From Bilabrum cf. latius (Eukaryota): a DNA stretch of 64,000 nucleotides. Numbering within the stretch: the stretch's first letter is position 1; each line of letters starts with the position of its first letter. The notes under the pieces were generated by a model. That model did not search any database. It was not told the origin of the DNA and saw only the letters and a program-made list of their open reading frames with translations. The translations under genes were made by a program, and so were the position numbers. Of the stretch, positions 36,249 through 46,742 are shown in pieces. The DNA lies in NCBI GenBank assembly GCA_965178125.1, contig OZ237743.1, forward strand, positions 496,001-560,000, written 5' to 3'.

Positions 36249-39200
36249 ATGGAGACCACTGCGTGTAAAGGGGCGGGTCCCAATGCACAAGCACCGTTGA
36301 TGCACACGCATTCATTGGCCAGCGTAGGTCCAAAAGTCACCCAAAGTCCCGATATGGTTGGCGAGCACGCAACGGCAACTCCGGGAGCGCTGCCCAAGAG
36401 TGTCCCGACAAAGGCAAGGCTAGATGATTTCGAGCTGGAAAAGGTAGTAGGTCGCGGTGCATATGGCAAAGTACTACTTGTTCGCCTCAAGGGCACCGAG
36501 AGACGCTTCGCAATGAAGGTAATCGAGAAAGCGTTCCTTGCAAAGCCATCACTGGCAGCCTACATGAAGACAGAGCGTGACGTGATGGCAAGGCTGAATC
36601 ACCCGTTCCTCGTCCGATTGTCCATGGCTTTCCAGTCACCTCGACGCCTGTTTTTGGTCATGCCGTTCCTACGGGGAGGCGAGCTGTTTACGAGGCTGCG
36701 CCGAGCGGGACTGCTGATGGAGGACGCGGTCAGGATTTACGCAGCCGAGATGGTGCTGGCCATCCAGTACCTGCACGAACAAGGCATCATACACAGGGAC
36801 CTTAAGCCGGAGAACATTCTGCTGGACGACGAGGGCCACATTCGCATCACGGACTATGGCCTGTGCAAAGTGGTGCCGTCCAAGCGAATCGAGACGAGCA
36901 CCGACGGTGGGGCTATCAACCCCGTACCCGCATCGCCTGCCGCAGCTGCATCCAGCGGCTTGCAAGCCCCAATCATAGCACCTATGACTAGTGCTGGCCA
37001 GGGAGCCCCGAAAGGCTCCTCTTCCTCTCCTGCAGACCCCGAGGACGTCTTGGCAGGGAAGAAGGCACTGGCTGCAAGGCAGGCAGCCGCCCCTGGTGAT
37101 GGCTTGCAGTGCGGTGCACCAAGCCAGAGCGAGAGCGAGAGCATCGCGGCCCATGGTACCGATAGTCCAGTGCGCGACTCCTCCCTGTCCTCTTCCTCCC
37201 CGTCTTCCTCTGGCCACCGCGCGAGGTCGCTGGTCGGCACCGCGGAATACACCGCACCTGAGATGATCCTCACTCACAAGGGCAAGTCGGACGGGTACAG
37301 CAGGGCGGTGGACTGGTGGGCGCTCGGCTGCCTCTTGTTCGAGTTGCTCACCGGGCGGCCCCCATTCCGGGCCAAGTCCGAGAAGAGGCTCTACAGCAAG
37401 ATCCTTCACGACAAGGTGCCCCTTCCCTCGCACGTCTCCGTAGAATGCAGGTCGTTGCTGCGGGGCCTCTTAGAGAAGAGCGTGGAGAGACGGCTGGGCG
37501 GAGGAACAAGCAAGGGGTTCAAGGTCAGGGGGGTGGACGCCATCAAGCAGCACGCGTTCTTTCAGGGGATCGACTGGCTGGCAGTCGAAACGAGGCAGGT
37601 GCCTGCTCCCCTGGGACCGCAAGGAAGCCACGCCAACCCTGAAAGCCCCACCATCCTGCTTGCAGGCTCTTCCAGAGGGGCTGCAAGCAGCACGACCAAG
37701 CAAGGGCCAGGATCGACCGGAGGCCCGCGGCCTGACTCGCCGGCGGCGATGCTGCTGCATGGCTCGGGCGGCGGTGCCACGATCGATGGCGGGCTGCGGA
37801 CGCGATTAGAGGAGAGAGAGGCGGCGAAGGCGTCTCTCACGAAGCACTTCGACGAAGCGTTTGCCAGACTGCCCGTGACGGTGGATGCGGTCACTGAAGA
37901 TGAGATGAATGCTGCTTGCGACGCGCAGGACGCCGAGGAGGAAGCGGCTCGGCAGAAGGCAGCCGCTGCTTGGCACAACAGGAACGGGCGAAACGGAGGG
38001 GGAAACGGTAAGGGCAAGGGGAAGGGCAAGGGGAAGGGGAAAGGGAACAAGGGCGGGAAGAAGAAAGGAAAGGGACCGATTGGAATTGCGGATGGTGCAT
38101 CTGATGCTTCCTCCGTAGCTAGTTCCGCAGCGGGGGAGCAGCCAAACGGCAGGACATCGCCTTGTGCAGACGCGCATGATGCTTCTGGTCCAGGGGCAAT
38201 TCCTGCTCCTGGTGCTATCCCGATTGCAGGCGGTGCTCGAGGACCGGAAGCCTCGTAGCCGACGGACTAGGACGACGAGGAGCTCCCGGCTTTCGAGGGC
38301 TTCAGCTTCGTGGCTGATGACGTGGGCTCGCTCATGGCGCAGGCCAGGGTTAGGGGGATCCGAGAGCAGCGCGAGCTCGACGATGCGGCTGCCAAACTCG
38401 CGCAGGAGAAGGCAAGGCTTCGGTAGGAGGCAGCTGAGAGAGAGAGGCAGATGCAGGCGGAGCGCGAAAGGCAAGAGCAGCAGCGAGCACAGAAAGCGAT
38501 GGAAGACGCCAAGGCGAAATAGGCTGAGCTTGAGAAGCAGCAGCAGCTGCAGCTTGCTACCGAAGAGCTGGCACTTGCATAGAGGCAAGCAGAGGCAGCC
38601 CGCGCGCAAAATGATGTGCGAGCTAGTGCAGCCGCACATGCCTCTACTGGGGCCCGGGCAACACCTGCGAGCAAGGTGCAGCAAGCACGGGACCGCCAGG
38701 TGCAGCCCCAAGGCCAGCGTGGTGGTGCAATCACAGCGCCTCAATCGCGCCGCATGCCCAGCTCACCGTGGGCCCGCGCCTACGTGAAGGCACACGGGGG
38801 TTCCGCATCGCCTGCGGGCAGTGGCACAGCATCAGTTGCGTCTCGGCAGGCCGCAGGATAGACTGCTGCGCGGCCATCGAAGAGTACTGGAGGCAAGTCG
38901 TTCGTGTCTCGAATCGGCAGTGCAGGCCGAGCTGGAACCAAGAGCAGGTAGAAGCAGGCGGTCTCGAAGGGGGCACTCGCAGCGGCGAAGGCATGGTCCT
39001 CTGCGCCTGGCGCAGGCAGTAGCGCTACAGATCAACGAAACCGCGCCTTGGCTACGCGCAAAACGGCACGGGCGCCCGGGGGATCGCCCATAGGGGCATT
39101 GCCGGGGAACCCCTCCTTGACTAGAGCAGGGGCAGCTGTTTCACCGCCCTCTTTGCCTGGGCAGCAGCTGCTCAGCGATAGATCAAGCGAGGCACCCACA

Positions 39201-39899
39201 GTTGGATCGGCACTTGGCGTGCCTTTGCCCTTGCCTGTGTCGAGCACAGTGCCGGCAAGTAGCGGCACAGCTTAGGTTCACGCACCTCAATTCACACTCA
39301 AGGTAGATGCACCTCCGTTCATTCCTTCCAAGCCATAGAATGCTGGGGCAGGTGCAGGTGCAGGTGCAGGTGCAGGTGCAGGTGCAGATGCAGATGCAGG
39401 TGCAGGTGCAGGTGCAGGTGCAGGTGCAGATGCAGATGCAGGTGCAGGTGCAGGTGCAGGTGCTCGCGTGTCCGGCTGGGGCACACCCGCAGGAGTAGGC
39501 AATAGCTCTGCGGTGCTGCCTAGTGGTGTGCATCAGTAGAGCTTCGGTGGCCGAGCAGGAGCTAGCTCTGGCTCTAGTGCTGGGGCGAGTAGCCCTTGGG
39601 GCAGGGCAAGGGCAGGCGCGGGCGGCTTTGCAGCAGGGCTGTCACTAGGTGTTGGACCAAGGCAAGGCGCACTGCAAGCAACCAGGCCAGGATTCTCCCC
39701 TGGTGGTTAGCAAGGCCGATCGGGCAGTAAAGGCACGGACCTGGTTGGTACGCGGACGCCGAAGGATAGACCGGGATAGCCTCCAGGACCCGCAACAGGC
39801 GCTGCTGCCGCTGCGCCTTTCCCCGTGCTGGGCGGGAGGCCCCTTGGAGGCAAGGTCGCTGGTGCTGGAGCATGGGGAGCACGGGGCAGTTGGCGGTGA
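36249..39899 (+). CDS. AGC-family Ser/Thr kinase (S6K/RSK-like) with coiled-coil and low-complexity C-terminal extension
   Basis: GRGAYGKV, FAMK, HRDLKPEN, DYG, GTAEYTAPE, VDWWALG. The AGC hydrophobic motif FEGFSF (38292-38309) lies after two in-frame TAG. 12 TAG in total. Ends TGA. Confidence 0.9.
39347..39462 (+). repeat. (GGTGCA/GATGCA)n hexamer array encoding an (Ala-Gly/Ala-Asp) repeat in the kinase tail
   Basis: Direct reading of the sequence. Confidence 0.9.
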
Positions 39900-40064
39900 T
39901 GGTAGTTTAAGCGATCAGACGGTGCCAGCTTATTGCTCATGAAATTGGCCGTGCTGTCGTTGGAGCGGCACGGTTGGATGAATCGGAAGCGTCAATTCCA
40001 TGCAACGTTGGACCTACGGTCGGATTCGTGGTGCTGTAATTACCCCATGCCACCATTTGACAAT

Positions 40065-41171
40065 TCACTCCACATTCAGCCGATTCTCTGCATCCGCAGG
40101 CTTGCGCAGTGCCACAATCTCGCTGGCGAATGAGACTTCCTTCTTGCTGAAAATCTCCAAAAACTCGAAGTTCGCGGCCATTTGTGCCAACCGGCGCTTA
40201 CCGTACACCCTGTGCGCGTTCCAAGCCAGGTACTCGATGTCATAGGACTAGTCGTGCGTGGTGGGTACCCCAAGAAGCATGAGTCCTCCTGGCTTGAGCA
40301 TGCACCACGCTTGCGCCATGGCCTCAAGGTCGCCGAACGGGTTCAGCGAGTCCCCATACCGACCCAGCCCGCTGTGCTCCAAGGAAGAGTACGTAGCAAT
40401 GAAGTCAACCTATACGCCGCCTTGCTCCAGGTATAGCGCCGCTATTTCCTACGGCAAGGCAGTGGACAGCCGCGGGTGCTCGCTTCGGATCTTGCCGTAC
40501 TCCAGGGTGATGACATGCTTTGCACCGGTCCTGAGCAAAAATGCTTCCACCCATGGTTTCTCGGTGCCAATGACCATGCCATTCTTGCCCTTGATATCGT
40601 GGTGATACTTGCCAAGAATGTCGATCATGTACTTGCCCACCGTTTCGCCGTACCCAGAGGCGGGTGCTCCCCTTTTTATAATGTCTTCGATGTGCTCCCT
40701 CGTCCATGTCGGAATCTCAGCTTCTTTGCCAGCATATCTTTGCTTAAGGTACCACTTCTCCATGACAACCGAGTCATTGACGGTGAAGTCACGCCAAAGC
40801 TCTTGCGGTGGGAGTTCTGGAGGAGGCCAGTCCGTCGCCGGGTGCTGCGCCAGAAGGCGCATCATAACCCTGTTGCAGCTCAAGCGTTTCTTGATCTAAG
40901 TTTCACCCAGTGCAGATTTTTCGTATCTGGGCAAGGTGCACACCTCGCCGCAATCCAGGGCACTCGTTGCTGAGCGAGCAAGCTTCGACATCAATGCACT
41001 AGGCACCAATTCGCTTCTTCCGTCACCGCCGGTTTGCAGCACATCTGTAACTTTTGATATATCCGATATTTTTCTGTCCTAAATTTCTTGTTGAAGGACA
41101 ACGCGAGCGGTTGTGAACGAAACTGCAACGACAGAGCCGCACCATGCAACCCAGGCAGCATTCATGCGCAT
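40065..41171 (-). CDS. DUF268-family methyltransferase-like protein with N-terminal signal/anchor
   Basis: GMVIGTEKPWVEAFLL..VITLEY, then after TAGs VDFIATYSSLEHSGLGRYGDSLNPFGDLEAM..LKPGGLMLLGVP..WNAHRVYG. 5 in-frame TAG. Ends TGA. Confidence 0.85.
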
Positions 41172-41360
41172 TGGCCCCTCGCTACAATTCAAGCCACTTC
41201 TGCTTCTTAAACAAATATGTTTCACAAGTCGTGTAGCCGCCTGGCAATTGCAGATTCGCTGTTCAGCCAACCAATCTCGCAAAGATGAAGAAGTGAGCGC
41301 ACCGCAACTGCACACTGGCAGTGCACTGCATATCCTGGATTCGACAAAAGTTTTTTGAAA

Positions 41361-42197
41361 TTCCTTTTTTCGGACAAGACCAAGGAACACGTCCTGGAAT
41401 GCATGACGCAAGCAGAGTCCCTGCACAGCGCTTCAACAATTCCATGGCAGGCCACTGAGGCAGGCAGGAAAACGTGGATCAACAGTGTGACAAGCACGGA
41501 CCCATGGCTCGCGAATGAACCCACAATCCGGGAGAAGCTGAGTGAGGTGGATCGCCGCAGTACGTGGTCTCTGAAACGTCTCATTCGACACTTCCTCGCA
41601 AGGAATCCGGAGCTGGACACTACTTGCCCGCAGATTGCAGCTGTACAAGCCTTCCTCGAGGAGTCTCCGACTGTTCGCCGCAAGGCACTCTCCCTGGGAA
41701 TACCCTTACCGCTGGCTATCTCCTGCCAGATACCCGGGGTGGAGACAAGCATTGGATCGTGGTCCTCCGGCTCTACCTAGCGCAAGGTGCTCAGACGCCT
41801 AGAACGCCGACTCGATAAGGCATGGACAGTTCGGCTCGCCTCGGCAGCACATGCCACCTCACAACTCAGAGACGAATTCATGGCCACTCTATCACGCCGA
41901 CGTGCGTGGTGGCGGCGACCTGAAACATTGACGGTGCAGGCAGCATCAATCGCGATCTGCCCATCACCGTTCGCGTTCCCCAGATACTAAAGCAGTTTTG
42001 GGGGATACCGGTGCCACAGCGACCGCTGTGGTTGGGTGCGAGGGCTTGTCCCGCAACAACCCGCCTGTTTGGATTTCTACTTTTACTATGTTAGGTGTTC
42101 TACCGCACAGTACGAGTAGTTTTTCGGATTTTCGAGTTGTGTGTTTGTTACACTATCGTGAATTGCATCTTAAACCAGAATTTCCTTCCTTCCTTCC
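41361..42197 (+). mobile_element. Putative 5'-truncated element: headless ORF (to TAA at 41990, one internal TAG), T-rich 3' UTR and (TTCC)4 tail
   Basis: ORFs 41355-41780 and 41787-41990 are in frame across a TAG. Composition is unlike host genes. Ends in the same TTCC repeat as the adjacent retroelement. No recognisable domain. Confidence 0.4.
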
Positions 42198-44244
42198 TGG
42201 ATTTCATGGACGGGCTGAGCGCAGTGGTAGACACAGTGCCAGGACCCGTAAATGGGAGAACAGACGCGTTTGGAGTGCAGAGTGAGTCCCCGTTGGTGCT
42301 GGCTGACTGGGCGGTCCGCTGGGTAACGGACCAATTGCGGGGGTTGATCACGGCGGAGAAGGAGGATCCGCTCACGCTGGACAAGTACGTGTGCAAGCAC
42401 CAGCCTGTCCCGCACGCGAGCCTCCCGCAGTTCATGAAGAAGGTTTGGGATCCGGTACGGTTCCAGGCTATGAGGGCGATACCGAGTGTCAGAGCAGCAT
42501 TGGAGGCGAGGGTGAAGTGCAAGGATAACGAGCTTGAGACACCCAACCGCATTGAGGTGGTGAAGGTCAAGAAGGCAGAGGGAGTGTTCATCAACGTTCA
42601 ACCAATGGACCCGATGTCGGTTCGGAAGAGGTCAGCTCACAACCCCGCACCCTGGGTGCAGGAGGCGAAGGGGCTCAAGTCCTTCACGGGGATGCGAGTA
42701 CGTCAGGCAGGGGAGAAGCCCCCGAAGTTCGGCGGGAACCATCAGAGTCTGTTTGGAGCGGCAGCAGCCAGAGCGGATTCGCAGATATTCGCAGTGCACC
42801 CGTATCGGCGGATCAGTGGATTTTTGGAACGCCTCATGGGAGATGACCAAGAGTGGGCGGACAGGGCCCGGGAAGTGATGCAGGAGATAAGGACGATCAT
42901 CCACAACACCCGATCGGCAGATGCAGCCGAGATTTTACGGACGACGTACACAGCGAAATCGGCGGTGCAGGAGGGACACGTGCCCCCTAACGATGGGTTC
43001 AGGTTTGAGATGTGTAGACGCATGGGAGTCCCCAACCCATCCAGTAGGCCTACACTGGAGGTGCAGTAGCGCCTGAAAAAGGAGAACGGGACATGTGACT
43101 TTGAGGCGGAGATGGCAGAGAGGTGCCCGATGCCCGGGTGCGCCCGAGCAGAAGGCTACCTGCACCAGTGTGCTCACTTGAGCTACTGCGGAGATCGGCT
43201 GATCAGGGAGGACGACAAGAGGAGGATGACGGGGTTGCACTATCATGTGGAGCGGAGACTTCTGAAAATCGCACAGGAGGCGACCGGACGAGAGGCACTG
43301 AAGGAGATCAGGGGGGTGTACAATGAGGAAGGGAACTACTCGATGGACATCATCATCCCGAGAGAGGGTGCGAAGCCAATCTATGTTGACGTGACAACGG
43401 CGGACCCGCATGCCAAGTGCGGACTGTCTCAGATCAATAGGCGGACGGATAATGGGGACAGGCACTTTCCCAGTAAACCAGTGGGGTCGGATCATCAGGA
43501 CGAAGCAGCGGGAGCACGAGCAGCCGGGAGGAAGTGGCGAGAGATCAATGAGCCCATCCCTCCCCATCGGCTGATGGGAGGGCGAATGGCACCCGGAACG
43601 GCCACGGAGAGGGTCAAGTCCATCAAGAACAGGAACCAGGTCGTTTTCCAGGACTTTGTTGTCCTGGCGACAGGACGCTTGGGCAACGGGGCACGCGGAC
43701 TGCTACGCCTGTTAGCCCGAATCCGACGCAAGAGGCTGGGGGTGGCCCGCAGCAGGTCGGTGGAGGCCCAGGTCAGGATCTGGGCGCGAGTGATCGCCAA
43801 AGGAGTTTCCATGCTGAGCGCATGCCGCACGATTCAATTCAACCTTAAGTTGCGGAACATGTCAGGGCTACGGGAAGCGAGAGTGGTGCAGGGAGCGGGT
43901 CCAGCAGGAGCTGTGGCCCCCGAGGCGGCGCAAGCGGCAGCACAAGCGTAGGTAGTGCAGGCTGCGAACCCGGCAGGAGTGCTACCAGCTGAAGGGGTTG
44001 GAGGCGCTGGGGACGAGGTAGATGGCCTTGACCCTGACCATGCCGGTCTTATACATCCCCCAGCACTTGCGGTGGGAGCTCCAGATGTGCAGAACCTCCA
44101 CGGAGAAGCAGCACAGCTGGCAGCCCCCATGGCTTGAGCTGGTCAGTGAGATGTTTCCTCCCGGTCGAAGTAGCCTTCGGGTGACTTCTTAGCCTGGGTA
44201 GCGTGTAGTTTGAATCACATATATTTATCATTCCTTCCTTCCTT
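42198..44244 (+). mobile_element. 5'-truncated non-LTR retrotransposon of RLE type (CRE-like): CCHC zinc knuckle + PD-(D/E)xK endonuclease, no RT domain seen
   Basis: FRFEMCRRMGVP, CPMPGC..H..C knuckle, GLHYHV, SMDIII..IYVDVT, FQDFVVLATGRLG. One ORF to TGA at 44137 through TAG at 43067 and 43949. Short 3' UTR ending in (TTCC)3. Confidence 0.75.
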
Positions 44245-44282
44245 ATAGTTACGCGATTGATGCAGAACCTAGACTATTTAAA

Positions 44283-46532
44283 ATGCAACGTGGGATCGCC
44301 AATGAAAGCCTACTGCCAGTGCGACCCACTGGCACGCCTGCAAGCACCAGTGATCGGACACGGATTGTGTATCGTAGCTGGGCACGGGTGCTGTTTGCAC
44401 AAGAAGGCTTCCTCGGCTAGACTTTGAAGTGTATTTTCATGTGTTGTATCGCTGTTAACGCTATTGTGTTCGTCTTGTAGACGGATATTGGGATGGCGAG
44501 CTCAATGGCCAAGTTTACGACTGGATCCGTGCGAGTCCCGACAGTTCCCTTCCTGGTTGAAGCAGTGCTACTGTTCGTATTCTTCTTCGAGTATACCTTC
44601 AGAGTAGTTCTAGCAATCGAGTTGTCAGGCTTTCGTCAATTCGGTTTCTGTGGAGGCCGGATCCTGTGGGCTGTCGGGCGATTGGCACTTCTAGATGCTA
44701 TGTGTTTCGTTCCTCTCGCTGCGGCTGCGGTGTTCCCGTCCGCCTCATGGTCTGGTCTGTCCGCTCAGAGTCGTCCAGGCTGGGCAGTGTGGATCCAGGC
44801 CCTCAGGCTGGTGTCCGTTCTGAAGCTGGAAAGGTACGTGCACGCTGTGACGGCGCTTGCCGGAGTATGCCACAGCAAGCGGAGGGAACTTGCAGCGGCC
44901 ACTGCATTTGCCATCATCGTGCTCGTTCTCGTTGCAGTCCTCTTGTTCCTGTGCGAGCGCGGCCAGGAGGGCAGCTCCATTCGAACGATGAGAGACGCGC
45001 TTTGGTTTGCCACGGTCACAATCTCCACGATAGGATACGGGGACATGACTCCAGTGACCGTGGCGGGGAAGGCCGTCGTGTCCGTGGCGGCGTTCGCAGC
45101 AATCGCTATTTTCGGGCTGCCTGCTGCCCTCGTGGCGGCAGGGTTGATGGAGGAAGTGGGCAGGGCGCGACATGAGGCCATGCTGCTTCACGTGAGCAAC
45201 GCTGGGTCGAGCACTGGGCCGGGGCCGGTGCACCATGCGAGGGACCAAGAGGATGGACCGTTAGGAAATGCGTAGGCGCACCAAGCGGAGCTGGACGTGA
45301 CAGGACAGGCAGGGGATGGCGACGGAAGCATGGCAGGTGAAGCCGCGCGCGTGCCACAACCGCGAATCGAACGCAAGCAAGGCATGGCTGGGCATCCAGG
45401 TGCTGCTCACGGGCCTCTCGGGGCTCTTAAGAGACCTAAATCACGAGCGGTAAATGCAGCGATAGATCCAGGGCATGCCTCGCCACATACCGTGAAAGAC
45501 ATCCGGTTGCGATTGGCAGTGCAGTGCCACGGGGGCCCGGGCGCAGTCTCTCAGTCAGAGGCCAAATCGAGTCGCAAGAGCGCCAGGCTTGTAGCCGGGG
45601 GCTCGTGGCGGAAGGCAGGGTTGTTTGGCGGCGGTGTCCTCGGCGCAAAGGGGGTAGGCTTTGATTCTGATGACAGCGATAGCAGCAGCAGCGATAGTGA
45701 CGGCAGCAGCGACTCTGGTGTGCATACTGGGTTCGGTGGTGGCATCAGTGCAGGCGGGGCCACCTGCCCGCAGTACTCTGCGCCTGTGGCACCGCAGCCT
45801 ATGTCCCACCGTGGAACGTCACAGAGTGGGCAAAAGGGTGCTCGAGATCAATCAGATCCCGCGGCAGCGGCGACCACGGGGCGACGTGCAGGAGGGAGCG
45901 ACGCAGCAGCGCCAGGTGCGAACAGCGGCAGTGATGGCTCTCACCTGTGCTTCTCGGACGGACGGCACTCGAGCAAGAAAGATACCGAAGCGGCTACATG
46001 TGTTCTGTTTGCGTGGGGCTGTCTGGGAGGCTTTGCGCGGCAGTGCTGCAGAGGTTGTTTCGAGGTTCATCACGGGCACCCATCCACCGCGAGTGCGGGT
46101 GGTTGCTGCGGCAGTCTCAACGAGTGCTGTGCCTACGGCGCTGATCCTGAGGCTGAGCCGCTGGTTCTCTGCCCTTGCGGTGGCGACCCGTCAGACCGGC
46201 TTCGCAGCGGGGCTGCATTTCACCGCATCGGTGGGTACCAGTAGCCGGGCCACTCTAGCAGCACCGAGCCTGTGCCAGGTGGTCGGTTTGGCAAGGTGTG
46301 CGCCAAGCGGTGCTGCGGCGTGGGTGCCGCTGGGATTGAAAAGAGCATTGACTCGCGGCTCGATCAGGGCGAGGACTAGGGATTGGAGGATGGGCGCGAA
46401 TCTCAGGAGGGCAGCATTCAACGGGACTCTCCCGCGATGGATAGTGCCAACAGCTCTAGGGGTGCTCGCAAGGCAGCGCGACGCCGGTGGCGAAGGGCAC
46501 TGAAGAAAGCCAGTGAGTTCTCTGCCGTATGA
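44283..46532 (+). CDS. Voltage-gated-type (6TM) potassium channel with long Cys-rich C-terminus
   Basis: S4-like ALRLVSVLKLERY, pore DALWFATVTISTIGYGDMTP, S6 IFGLPAALVAAG. The S1 helix and ATG are reached only through 2 TAG. 5 TAG in total. Ends TGA. Confidence 0.9.
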
Positions 46533-46742
46533 AATAGTGGTCAGATCAGGATCATCTGATCAGGATTGAAGATATCGGCGCGGTGCGCTTGATCCAGGCC
46601 CATTGGCAAACAAGACGGCATTTCTAGGATAACTCCAACTTGATGGCAGCACCAGCTCACCATGCCGTAGAATAGAATTCCGAAGACCTAGGCTCGCCTC
46701 CTTTTCCACTCTCCCGTCCGATCTACCCCATAAGCAGCAGAT

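Noticed and set aside
39347-39462. Hexamer array as a CRISPR or telomeric repeat
   Set aside because: It has no spacers, lies within the kinase reading frame and encodes an AG/AD repeat.
42095-42205. ORF-track start at 42095 as the N-terminus of the retroelement protein
   Set aside because: It reads through the upstream T-rich UTR and the TTCC junction; this is fortuitous openness across the insertion boundary.
41300-44280. Endogenous virophage/Polinton or tyrosine-recombinase (Ngaro/DIRS) element
   Set aside because: No capsid, packaging ATPase, integrase, tyrosine recombinase or terminal inverted repeats were recognised; the motifs fit an RLE non-LTR 3' end.
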